64,000 bases of DNA from Lingula anatina (taxonomy: Eukaryota; Animalia; Brachiopoda), in assembly GCA_051362555.1 (NCBI GenBank), contig CM120641.1, forward strand, positions 46,258,401 through 46,322,400, given 5' to 3'. Position 1 is the first letter of the stretch, and each line of letters opens with the position of its first letter. The notes under the pieces are model-generated. The model had not been told where the DNA came from and ran no database searches. It worked only from the letters and a program-made list of their open reading frames with translations. Made by a program: the position numbers and the translations under genes. Below are positions 24,224 to 37,600 of the stretch, in pieces.

Positions 24224-27200
24224 TATCTCCAACACCAACACCGTGACAGGAAGATCTGAAAAATTTCAACATCAAAATATAAAGTTTTGTAATTTCATTT
24301 CATTAAAGTTTTTTTTGAACACAAAACATGATAAGGAAAACATTCAATAAAACTCACTTTTGAAAACTTATTATCAAGAAATTAAAAACCTTTTGAGAAA
24401 TAAAGTTTTGAACTTGGGAAAGATATTCCCAACTTATAACAGCATACATACAATAATCTTTTCAAAACTTCTGACAAAATTTTTGATCAATCTTAACATA
24501 AAAAACATCTATGTAACAAAAGCCAAGGAACTGCACAATAACTGATGCATAAAATTCCTCTTAAATAATCACTGCAAAAAATGAAGAAAAAAAAAATCTG
24601 GAAAAAGTCCAATACTACTGATCAACCTTTCAAGCACCTGCCTGCATGGACTGATCTCAAACAAATCCTAGATATCAAATTCTACCCATTCCTGCTATTG
24701 AATGGGAATAATAATGAAACAGGCTGAATTTTCCCATCCCCCCTAAAAAAAAACAGCAAACATGTAAGCCATAGCACAAGTATCAGTACTCCAGTGTATG
24801 TGTTGACCCGATTTTTAAATCAATGACACATGCCAACTTGGGCTACACTTTCCACGGGCTGGTGAAATGCAATACCCAAATTCTCCTCCAGTATTTGAAA
24901 AGTCTTTGTTCCCCCTGTTCAATCACACAGCTGTGGCGATCCAAATTACACATATCTAATTATTAGCCTGACAGTTATCCTTGTTGCTTTTCAAATGTGA
25001 GCAATCTCCATCTTTTCAATATTCCCTGCACTAGTGGACGCCTGGAATGCTATTTGTCATTTCAAACCCCATAAAATATTCTTCTAGCTCAAATAAAACT
25101 CTCCTGAGGGGCTGATAATTAAAATACACATAAACATGCCTTAAACAAATGATTGTTAGCATCTAGTCCAAAGATGAAATAACAAACTGATTCATTTCAA
25201 CCTAATTTTCAAACTGCACAAAAATAGGAACTTAGTCTCTTTTTTTTCCCTTAATTTAGTAAATTGTATTAAAGTCCAATCTATTTCACAGGCTGAAGCA
25301 GAATGAGATTTCAATCAACACAATTTCTCAAATCTTAAAATCTCTTAGATATTGGTATGGACTGTTGGAAATAATCCATCGCTTCTGAAGTTCTTGAAGT
25401 AAGATACTAATCTGATTATTACTTTACAACATTTCCACTTCATTTGGGCCATGGCATGTGCTACAGCAGAAGGTACAAAAGGAAAACCGTGGACCAATCA
25501 CTCCTACCCCTTATCTCTGTATAACTGTTTCCCCTCACTAAAATTTCAAATATTCTCACATTTCAAAGCCACCTTCAGATAAAACCTCCGTTCAGTTCAT
25601 GATTGCTTTGTGATAGTATCAGCGTGGACATAAACAGCAAATCTTTTGAATTAATTCCAACAAACAGGGACAACAAGAGTGCTGAAAAGGGGCTGACCAT
25701 ATCTGTAAATTCTTTTCATTATCATTTCATTTGATCTCATCATTTCTTCAGGATTTAATATTCCAGTCTTTCTCCTTTGAAATCAGTATTTTCTCCTTTC
25801 CTAAAACCATTAAGACATTAGGCAGCGATAGTCTTATCTGTCGGTACCTCATTAAGTCCTCTCATATTAAATGATCAAGGTCTTCCTGTTTTTCCTCTAA
25901 ATAATTATATACCTTAATACCCCATTTGCCGTCCCTCTCTCCTGAAGAGTCATGTGACCGCCCACATTTCATGACAACACACCTTGCCAACCTGCCCGTC
26001 TTTTTGCTCCAATGGTCACGGAATGTTAAGCGTCCACTCTTAGATGCCGCAAACAGATAAGATGCTGTTCCATATGCACATTATAGACTACCCAACAGGG
26101 CCCTGTATATGTGTGGGTATGTGCCGGTCCACATGGGGGCTTGCCATAAGGCATGTACACCTATCCCAGCCCCCTCTGACTTCTCAAGCTGGTGTGTAAT
26201 AAAGGAAGGGTTGACTGAGGAATTTCAGGGCCCAGGTTTTAATTATGCCAATTATGTGAGACATTAAGTCATATGATGCATTTGATAATACATGTGACAT
26301 ACTGTTAACATTATGGAATGGATTTTGCCAGCTATCTATTCCAAAAATTTGACAAGCCACTCCTCTCATCTTTTGAGGTTCAAAAACTGCCTTCCAGTAG
26401 TAATTTAGCACTTCTTACATAAAACTCCAATGTCAATGTCACAGATATCTATAGGTCTTTAAAACATAACTTCTACTATGATTTCACAGTTTAAGACAAT
26501 GGACACAAAAATGTTTGTCACATTGAAATTAAATACTTCAATTAAACACTTCTTATATAATACTAGTACATAACATTTACTATAGTTCTATTCTGAACAA
26601 GTATTTTATTTTATTATTTAGACAGTTGCAGGGGGGGGGGAGCTTGAAGGAAAACTTCATATTTTTCCATAAAAATTCAATACAGTCATATTCCTAAAAT
26701 AGGTCCAATGCCGTGACTCTTCTGATGACAACATGCAGGGAGAACTATTCAAGTATTTGACCCATTCATGTTTCCAGCAATTACAACCCGCAATGGCCAC
26801 CCTGATACACATCTACATTACCAACTGACTTTGTTCCCCCTACATTCATCTATAACTCTAAGTATTTCTCAACAATACCGCAAATGTCAAACAATCTTTG
26901 TAGAGAGAAATACTGTGACCGTACAAAAGAAGCAAACTGTTATTCAAGACAACTACCAACGTGTCCTTTTCCCAGTTAATATAGGTAGACCATTCTTCAG
27001 TGAGTTAAAGTGACCATCCCTTGGACCAAAGTTATGTTAAGAATGTGACCCTGTACACAGACCTGGTAAACACCAGGCAGTGTAACAGTCAATAACCTTT
27101 CCTCCTTCTTCGATGTGCTCCATTGAAAAATGACTAACGTGTATTCACGTGCAAATAACCCCGGATAACCTTATCTTTTGGTTATTTTAAGAGTTTATTA

Positions 27201-28433
27201 TAAATAGAAAGAATGTTGGTATTAGCATAGAATTCCTATAAGACAAAAGTGCTTTCAAGGACCACTTTATGTGGGCAACCTAAAAATAGTTTGCATATAA
27301 TATTACACAATGCACTTTAATATATAGGCTTCTATATAGAACAAGTGCAAAACAACTACCCTATTTTGATAACTTCATAAATTTAAATCACAACCTTGAA
27401 TTAAAAAAACAAAAATGCAGTGGTTGTTTTTAAAAAAATTAACGCAGACATGTCTACATCTTAAGACGGTAAAACACGCACCTGAATAAACCGCCCAAGG
27501 ACGGACATGGACCAAAGGACTTAAGGCACACACCTTTTGTACAACATGTAACACAGAGAGTCAATGAATACAATTCCATTCAAAGTGGATGGATACCTAT
27601 CTGATAAATGGTCTGAGCTGGAACTGTCATATGTCTGTCTTTTATCAGGACCACTTAAACATAACATTTAAAAGCCCAATAGGCTTAATGTCGTCATGAT
27701 GAAGAGTTAAATAGGACACTAAAAGTTTTCTTCGCTTGAAAACCTACAAAGCCTCTAAAAATGGGCCATATATTTATTATAATGAGAAGTCAAGACGAGA
27801 GTTCTTTATGCTCTTTACGGGAGTTATTTTGTCAGGAAGAAAAAGCTAAAATGTCAAAATTCTTATATTTACAAAATAAAACAAAGATTCCAAAAAGGGC
27901 AATAAAATTATTAACATGAGACTGATCATTTCTCCTATAAAAAGCACTCCTTACATTATGTTTTACAGCAAAATAAAATCTAAATCCAAAAGCCTTCTCT
28001 ACATCAAAATCCACTAAGAATCTAAAAATGGCAACAGATTTCTCATAATGAGGAGTCCAGATAGGCTAGCCAAGAACACTCTTTATATTACACTGTTATT
28101 CCCCTATCCTCGCCCCCACTGTCTGGTATGCAAAGAACAGATGGGCCATCAAGAACAGCTGACTCCTCCACACATACACAATGACTTAGGACCTGTCTGC
28201 CCCCCTGTCATAAAGCTCTAGTCTAAATACATTCTACTGAATTTACATGAAACAGCAAATATACATAGGCCATGTCTCTCCCTTTCTATCCTAGGAATGT
28301 ACTTTACAATGTAGCTGTGTAACATTATGTAATTGTGGATTTACAGCCCCTGATCCTGGATTAATTGTTTGATTAGGCAGTTAATCTATGGGGCAGGTGG
28401 CAGATGAATCGTCTTTGTTCACTCTGACTTGAG

Positions 28434-28477
28434 GCACACTCCTGGTACTCTCTTACACACTCCTGCTACTCTCTTAG
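28434..28477. repeat. Two-copy 21-bp tandem duplication
   Basis: CACACTCCTG(G/C)TACTCTCTTA occurs twice in tandem. Confidence 0.75.
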
Positions 28478-31400
28478 ACGAGGCTCTGGACAATGAAATA
28501 TGCCATACAGCAGATGACCAATTTTTCTTAAATGAAATCAGGAACTTTATAACATTAGGAGGGCAGATAGGATGTGTTACCAAGTGCAGATATTTCATGT
28601 ATTTTATCACTGCTTCAGCGGTGTATTTGTCAGATGTCTATGATCAGATATCTTCTAATTCTTCTGTTATATATTACTTGTGTGACTATAAAATTCAAAT
28701 AAACTTTTAGTTTCCCTCATCTCTTAAACAAATATATTGATCACAAACATAACACAATTTATAAAGCTTGCTTTGATCAAAAGCTATATCAAAATGTGGA
28801 ATTTGGGGGCTACATTGCTCAGTCACTCTCAGCTGAACCACAGCTTGCTCTTTAAACAGGTTACAAAAACAATTTTCCATAAATGTCCATAAAACAGTCA
28901 TAAAAATGAAGAAGAAGAATTTCATCCTACGGGCATGAGTACACACTTGAAATGTTATTGTGTAACCTAAAACATGAACAAGCGCCGCGTGTTGCTTTCA
29001 ACTGAGTCTCAGCCAAGCCACATGCTCTCCTTTCGGACACTTACATAAAAGAACTAGAGAAAAAAAGTTGATGAAAACTTTCAAACTTAAATGAACCCAT
29101 GATAATCTAGTGGAGGTTTCATTAAATGAAATATCATGATTGTTTCATTATACAGAGCAAAAATGGCTAATGTTTTAGACCCAAGAGTTAGTCCAGGGCT
29201 ATAAGTAGAATATTACCATTTTGGTTGAGATGAGACCAACTTTCAGTTTAGTTTCCTCTGTGAAACTGGTCCCCTGGTAAGTAAAAGCTATTAATATAAA
29301 CTTTTATCAGGACGCTAAAAGTATATCAAGACGCCTAACTTTTATTTGACTACACAACAACTGTAGAAGTATTATTCAATGATAAAAGCTTAAAACCTAC
29401 AGCAGCAATTCACATAACTGTAATTCACAGAAGTAATAAACTTCAACTGAACTGCACTCTTAACTGGGGTAAACTCCATAGTGTCTGGTTCTGGGAAAGA
29501 CACCCACTTCTGTTGGAAATTACAGGTGGCAGTTGGTTGTTTTTACTTGCAATTCTACCAAATGCCCTCAATTCTTCATGGGTTAAGCTACAGTTGTAAA
29601 TTCGGAGAATGTGATTAGGGCACATCATGCCAGCTTAACTTTCATCCAAGCCAAATGTCAGGATAGAAAAAAAGTTTTCCTGCTTATAGCTTAGCTGCCT
29701 TAACTAAGAAGTTTTTTTCTTTTTGCCCAGTAGCCAGATTCACTAATGGCTTGACTCTTTCATCTCTTCAATTGAGAAAAAGAGCTATAAATTCCGTTCA
29801 TGCATCTCCAATTGAAAAAAAAAAAACTACAGCAAAGATTTTTCTCTAAAACAAATCTGTATTGAATAAGATACAAACAGACATCTTTTTATCAGCTTCA
29901 AATGCTTTTTATACAAGTTACCTAAAATTTAATCCACTTATTCCTCCATGAAAAGTCAATCTGAACATTTATGCTAAATTTTTCAACCACATAAAATATG
30001 TTCTCTTTTTATGGTCATTTTTTTCTTTTTACAGAAAATCATGACTTCAAACAGTTTTCATTTGCCCTTATGCCCTCCAATCAAGACTTACATTTCAGCA
30101 AACAATCATGTTTATGTGTTCAGACACTAATTTTTCAGCTAAACATAAATAGCATCTTCTTCCCAATTTATCACACATCTTGAGGTTGTATTTGACTATA
30201 AAGGAAACAGTTGTCTTAAAATACAAATTCTGACAAATGGCGAGAGATAAAATCGGGAGCTATCAGCCAACATAGAACTCCTTGCCTTAATCCATTTGTC
30301 ACGCCTGATGTTGTCATTCTGGTCAGAAACATGTAGTAAACAACACAAACACTCAGCTTATAGCACATACCTTCATACTTAACAAATTCTATAAAGTGCT
30401 TTTCAGGCTGGAGATTAAAAGAAAACTTGTATGAAGCAATCACTTGATTGCAATCTAATATTTTAGAATAAAGTAGTCCAAAACATGAATAGTGGATGAA
30501 AGTAATTACTAATATTTACAAGTGAGCAAGGGGGGGGGGGGGAGAGGCAGAACAATACAATGTATCCATTCTACACTATGAACTAAAACTGTATGGATAA
30601 AAACTGTTCTGAATAAAAACCAACCAAGGTCTTTCTTTAATGTTTAGTCTAGCCAGTTAAGACAGCCTCATTCACTGGGCTACATACACTCCTCCTAGTC
30701 ATGCAGAATCATAAACACTCTTTCAGCACTACCACCACTAACACTAACCCAGTAACACTGCTGCAGGTTAACACATGTGACAGTGTTTCTTAAATGAAAA
30801 AATCTGTTTAAGTTGATGGAGTATGTTAAAAGAATACCTAAATTATAGCTGTAGTGATGCTGAGATGGGCAGTAAAATGGGCCTGTCCACCCATCAAACT
30901 GACCCAGTGGCTATTCCACTCATCTTATCATCCATCTAGAAGAGAAATGAGTAATTATCGGACAATGGAATGCTTGCTATCTCTACTGCCCATCATTGAC
31001 CCTAAGTTCTTTATCACTATTATGAGATAGGAAACATGGGTGTTTTAAATAGTGTAATTACGTCCTGACCAACATCCTTCCAGGTTCCTGAAATTCCTGA
31101 GTATTTATCAAACATGTGCCTCCCAAGTTCACTTCATTATTCTTGGCCTTCATTGCCTTGTGTTAATACACACACTAAGTGCACTTATGTCAACTCTAAT
31201 GGCCTGTAAGATATGTCCCACATGAAGAACTGTGCCCATTTTTTAAAGGAAAAAAGGGTACTTCATTCTGCATAACATGTACTAGTACTTTCTTCATTTG
31301 TCTTAGATTTCAAAAAGTCACTGCAGCAACATTACTAGGGAGAACCCAAGTCACTCCCTCTCTATAATCACACAGACATTAAAAACAAATTTAAAAACAT

Positions 31401-31612
31401 TTCAAGTTTTACAATTAATTAAAATAGGGGTAATACATTCACTGTCTAAAGCAGCAGAATTAATATGAAATGTTGTAACTCGGCAGTTTATGAAACTGAC
31501 CTATGCTCTACAACTCCTTTTCCTCCAACTAAAAACAATATGGATATCTATAATACTAAATATGTTATCCTTGAGAAGCAATGTCTAAACAGAATAACAG
31601 AAACTTACAAGA

Positions 31613-31648
<36 letters not shown>
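31613..31648. repeat. (GA)n microsatellite
   Basis: GA dinucleotide run. Confidence 0.9.
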
Positions 31649-31650
<2 letters not shown>

Positions 31651-34158
31651 TTACTTCTCTCCTTAAACTTTCTCTTCCATAGGCTTTCCTCTTCCTCTTG
31701 CCTGTGTACTCAGCCCATGATCACAGGTTCTCTCCATTCATTTCTGTTCCTGAAGACCATACAATACAGAGGGTTAACACATTGGTAATAAAGTTCAAAG
31801 GACAGAGATTTGATATATAATCCTTTTGTTTTACACAATGTAGATACCTTTCCAACTGTACAAACCCAGAGTGCAATCCTCCGTGGTTCCTAGTAGAAAA
31901 GGTCAAGAATTTATTCTGAAAAAAAGGGAGTGCTGGTGTAGGGGCAGCTTAAATAAAATTAAATCAGGTCAATATGTCACAATGATTTACTTTTAAGTAC
32001 TTTAAAAATAAGCATTCGGATTTTTTTTCTCTGTCATTCGGTCAGACACATCATGGTATTTCATGTCCATATCATTTTCAATTATTTGTTAGCCCCTTGC
32101 CTGGTGTCCACTGACATCTTTTGTCCACCCTTTTTCTTTGTGACAGATAAACTGCACTGTCCAAACAGCAAGTATATGCCTAATTGGATTGACCAGGTCA
32201 ACCACTGACATTCTTCTTCCTAAACCGATCTGTACAAGAAATGAGGCACTTCCTTAACACTGTGGAATGCAGTGCAGGTATCTCACCCACTATAAACATA
32301 TAAATGGACCACTCAATTATAATATATATAAATGTAAAAATATGAAAAGTTCTCGTGTTATGATTCAAGCTGACACCTGTTTTCATAAGCCAGACACCAA
32401 CACTTAAGGTTGAAGATAAGACTATCTTGATAAATAATCTTTTACATATGCTATATACATATTAAATGGCTGAGTATATTATTGTATTAAGTTATTACTT
32501 CATTCCTGTGGTTAAAGGGTTAATCAGACCGTCTGAGTGTGTTATAATGTCACCTGGCATTTTAACATTTTAAAGGACACGTGTGAAATGTCCATCTTTA
32601 ATTTGTCATGTTAAAGAAACTTTTTGTGCTAAATTCAATGTTTTAAAGAATTTATTTGAAACAAATCAAGTTCAAGAAATATGCACCGTCAAAATTGTGT
32701 GGAGAGACCTAATACTGCATGACGACTGAATAAAAAAAACTTTTTAAGTTAAAGATTTTCTTTTTCAATATCTGATGGATATACTTATGATGGTAATTAT
32801 TTTCTCACTAAATCAAGTGGAATATAAAACCTGAATATAGTATTAGTCTCTTTGCCTTTTTAAAGGAACAAAAGATATGATTACAATGAAAGTTTATAAA
32901 TCCAGCTATATCATATGTAATTTTTTCCGACTTGTCAAAAAGCAGGGCAAATTATCCAAATTTATCATCCACTCAGCTGGATAACCAGCCACATGTCCAG
33001 AAAAAACTCCAAACCAAATAATTTTAACAGCTCAATCTTCATATGACACATCGCCCAGTTATTTCTGTGGTATATATATATTACCACCAACTGTATTAGC
33101 CGCAGTGTCATAGTGAAAACATATTTTACTAAGGAGTAAGCCTACATTTGTTACCATTATTTGTTTACATTAGCCAGTTTCAGTGAGCCATACCAATGGT
33201 TTAAGAAAGAGGAATGAGCCACCATTCAATGTCTTAAGCTTGACCTGATCAATTCAGTATTTTGATATAATGCTTGCGGGGGCTTTGTTTGCTGTTTCAC
33301 GTGGGCGGCTGGTATGCTTTTGCCCAGGGAATCAGATTTACAAACAGGAAGAAGGCAACTTCTTTTTCAAGAACTGAATTATCTCTTACCTAGCCTGTGT
33401 TTTTTAAGTTCATATATGTTCTCAGTAAGACTTAGTTCAACTATGAAAGGATACAAACTGAATCTCATAGGCATTCAACTATTGTTGAGGATATGTCAAT
33501 TTATGACTAATGTTATTACCATTTCAATGTCACTCATAGGAATGACATGGTATGCGGAACAGATTTCCAATATGCATTATTTGTAATACTAAAGTAAGGT
33601 TCATGAATCAAAATAAATGAGAAATGATTGTATTTGTATATACGAATAGTTCAAATAGTATTTAATAAATAATCCAACAAACATGCAGCACATTTCGACA
33701 CATAAAAATATTACACATCAAATTATATCATTAACACTTTTCAATGTCATGACCAAAATATTGCAATGACCATTTTAAAAGACCAAACATGATCATGTTT
33801 AAACAAAGCCAATGACAAACGCACGGCTGATTAAATGCATCAGTGAATTTGTTGGCAACACTTCACAAAGAAGACTGCGCGTCAACAGCGTCAATGGTAA
33901 ATTTGAAGTCATTTTCCACTTTCGTTCCTTATAAAAACACCTGCCAATACCCTACCATTAACAAATAAATTTCACGCGTTTTAAAACAAAGACGAGAAAC
34001 ATAACTACTCAAACTTCGATACTAAATTTTGCACAGCGACTAGAGCAAGTGTCTCATATTTCAATGAAGCAGAAGCCGACTTGTGAGTGACTTTTGAAAA
34101 CTCTAAGACATTTTTCTCTATTAAACACAATATTGAAGCACGACAAATATACACTTAC

Positions 34159-34300
34159 CCTTGGAACTACCCTTCCTATGTTCAGATCTTCTAATATCGT
34201 CTGTTACATCCAAATTTATGACTACGGTGTAGATAAAATCCACTGAAATTCTTGAAATTCCAACCTCAATACAGAACACAAGTCGCGTAGCCTCGCTTTG
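34159..34300 (-). other. Putative non-coding first exon of the Expanded-like gene
   Basis: Strong minus-strand donor AAGG|GTAAGTGT at 34159/34158, next to a CpG-richer patch facing the THADA start. The coding exon at 24255 has an acceptor that needs an upstream exon. The upper boundary is a guess. Confidence 0.5.
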
Positions 34301-34622
34301 AAACTAGGCTACACTCTGCCCTAACCTCTAACACATACAATATATTTAATATGGATTAAGTTTACTCAAGGCAGAATTTATATTCATTTTGACACAATCA
34401 AAAGCAAATAAATATATTTTCTACAATTATTATATAAAATTAGTTATGAATTATATCTATATTATCCAAAGTTTTGATATTTTTGAAATAAGAATAGCGG
34501 ATATAGATCAGCATACATCCGGGAAAGTTCAAACATGGATGCGCCCAGTTGACTAAAGTCTTTCGTCAGTGTGATGAAAAAAATAGACTTTAGTGCCATC
34601 TTGATTTGGTGATAGTGTTACG

Positions 34623-37600
34623 ATGAACATCCTAGAGAATCCACGTACATGTGATAATGTACATGTTCTTCTGGAGGAAATTTTGCACACTTCTGAATCC
34701 AAATTTAGGTAATCTTTACTGTGTTTGTGTTTGAACATGTCCCCCTGATTGGGGGGGGGGGGGGGGGGGAGGTATCTTCACTGGGAACAGTTAACCGATA
34801 GTCTCCTTGGCAGGTAGTGCTCACGTCTTCACCGAGAAAGCAGTGCACTTTATGTAAAACTAATAAAGAGTAGACAGATAAGATTCAGGACCAGGATAAC
34901 AATAATCAGGCTCAAGCATATAGGGTTTACGTTGAACTTAAGAGTTAACCTCGACATCTTCTATTGAATTTGAAAGAAAAACTGATAAATTAACAAAGAT
35001 GAAATATTAACTTTAACTTTAGATTGGATTTATGTCTGAGTTTTTTCTTACTAGTGAAAAGACCATTGGAAAATTGCTTGATGATCTAAGCAGACTTCTC
35101 AGGCAGAGAGTAAACAGGGACCTTTTGTATCAAGTTGTTCAGACTTATTTTAAAGTCTCTTACAATTCAAGGATCAACAAGAAGTGGGAGAAGGTGAGAG
35201 GTGTTTGAAACATTTCCTTGGTTTTATTGTAAAACTTTTTTTTTTGCATATTCATGTATAACTTTACTGTGAGGTTATGAGATTGAATTATTTCTTTTTA
35301 AAGATATTTTATCTGTTGTTGCCTTGTAATGTAGAATTGTTATGTTTTTTCAAAAAATAACTTTCATGGTTTTGATCAGTATTGAAATGACCACATCTTG
35401 AAAGAAAAAAAAAATGCTAGTGAAATGATTTATTGAACTTTATTGGATAATTTTGTTTGTAGATTTTCAAGGAGTTTGACAGTCGATCCTCATCAGAAAG
35501 TAAGAGTGTGCCACTGGGTGATCTGGTTGATATTGCATCAATATTTCTCCAGAAACCCCTATGGAAAGCAGTTCTTTTGAAATGTAAGTTACAGTCTTCT
35601 CCTCCACTCCCTTTCTCTTTCACTTGCTGTTAAACTTGTCAGTCTATTTTCAAAATTGCTTACATGTTCTTGACACATATATGTCCCCTCCAACTGTCCT
35701 CTAGGTTTTTTTTTTTATTTCAGTGTCAAGTCTTATAGAACACTGTGCTGGAGTCAGAAATGTTTTCGATGTGCAATTTGTACAGCTTCTTGTGGCTGTA
35801 AGAGGGACATTAGGACCCAGTGCTGATTCCAGTATAACAGAAGGCACTAATGACTTGGATCAAGACCTTATTCATAGTGGAGTAAAGGTATACTTGCCTA
35901 GAATTTTTTTATATATAGTAAATAGATTTAATTCTATATTTATTTTTATATTATTTAATTATAAATTTATAATACTGTTTTTGTTTAATGTTATGGTAAT
36001 TATACTCTGATCTTCAGGCCTGATGTTTATTCATTTTCAAACCTTAACTTGTGCATGCTTATTGGACTCAGACAGTCAGCATCAAGTTTGATATCCAGAT
36101 AAAAATCAAGCAAAAATTCATGCATCTGTTCAAGGATATAAATAATAGACCCATTGTGATCTAACATTTGTATTTGGTGCAGTTAAGTATCATACACCAA
36201 TGACATTTAGTTGTAAAGTACTAGCCATGTGATATAGAAATAAAAAAATGACAGTTGCTTTTGTATTTCAGGTGACTTTGCAGATTTTTCAATTCATGCC
36301 AAACGCTGTGTTGAAGTATGTTACTACAGCAGACACATCTGTACTGCAGTCAATTCTCTCAACTTTAGTCAGCTTATTGTTAAATAAGGTTTGTTTGTTG
36401 TTTATTTCTTGTATAGATATGGATGGAAAAGAGAGCAACTTTGATTAAATTCAATGGAATTTTTTCCTTACCTTTTGGTGTTAAAATATCTGACAAGTGT
36501 TCATCTTAGTGAAACCAAAAATGCATATCATTTCTCAGGTTAAAACTTTTCATTTGCAACACAAAGAGTTAAGTTAAGGTTTTTAATGTGACTTCTATGC
36601 AGATTTCGTTTGTTGATTTACAGAAAAATTTGGTGACCAGATCAATATATATTTATTGTTATTATTTCAGAATCTTAATGCGGACTGCACATTACTAGCA
36701 GGTATAGCACTGGCCAAGTTTTTTACTACATTTGTGGCAGACAACACAGTGGAAACAATAAAAAATGTACTGGAAAACATGAGTAAGGGCATTTCTACTA
36801 ATAACTGTCATGTTTTGAGGCATTCCTTTTTAAACTGTGCTTAATTACAATATATATTTTCATATCAGACCCGTAGTTAGGGATCTTTTTTCTTCTTAAA
36901 AGTTACCCTTATGGGATTTTCCTGCTGAATCAGATTTTCCAAATAATAGCAATTTTGCCTATTTTTTTAAAGTATGAATTGGGGAAAGATAAGTAGCTTT
37001 GCAGGACATGTAGACATAGAAATTATCACTTTGGGACTATTTCAAATTCAGATAGTATATCTTTAATATTTTCCCAACAAGTGCTATTTCTCATATATTT
37101 TAGCTGCTGTAAACCAGCTGGACTTGGGGACATGTGGTACATTCAAGGAAATGTCTGGTAGTCAAACAAATCGGGATACTGAAAGCCAAAATGTATATAA
37201 CTTCTCTTTTGGACACCTTGCTTTCTTAAGTGGTATACTTCAGTCAGCAAAACTCCAACTACTTGCAGAACCAACATGTGATAAACTGGTGGGCCACAAA
37301 AGATACATCTTTATAGAGTACCTGTTTGTACAGTTATGTGGAATGTCAGAGGGTCAGAATTTATACCATCTATTCCAAGTGCTGAATGTCTGGTATAGTG
37401 TGGCCTTCAGACTGCTTGCCAAGCATGGCAGTGAGTTACACGTCAGACTTTTCGCTGAGGAGTCACAAGTTGTTCAAAAGACTTTAGATCTCATATGGAA
37501 ACACTGGGATAGTCCTGTAGATGGCGTTAGCGAGAGAGCATCTGCTGTGTTTTCCACCATGATTCAGCTTCATGTCAGTGAGTGTCGTTACCATGATGAA

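Noticed and set aside
31650-31906. Candidate alternative exon of the Expanded-like gene (minus-strand GAA|GTAAGC donor near 31654; ORF 31721-31906)
   Set aside because: No ATG-initiated frame joins the downstream exon in phase. It may be a non-coding alternative first exon but cannot be supported without transcripts.
36780-36792. Apparent GC-AG intron in THADA
   Set aside because: A canonical ATGA|GTAAGG donor gives the correct phase with the next exon.
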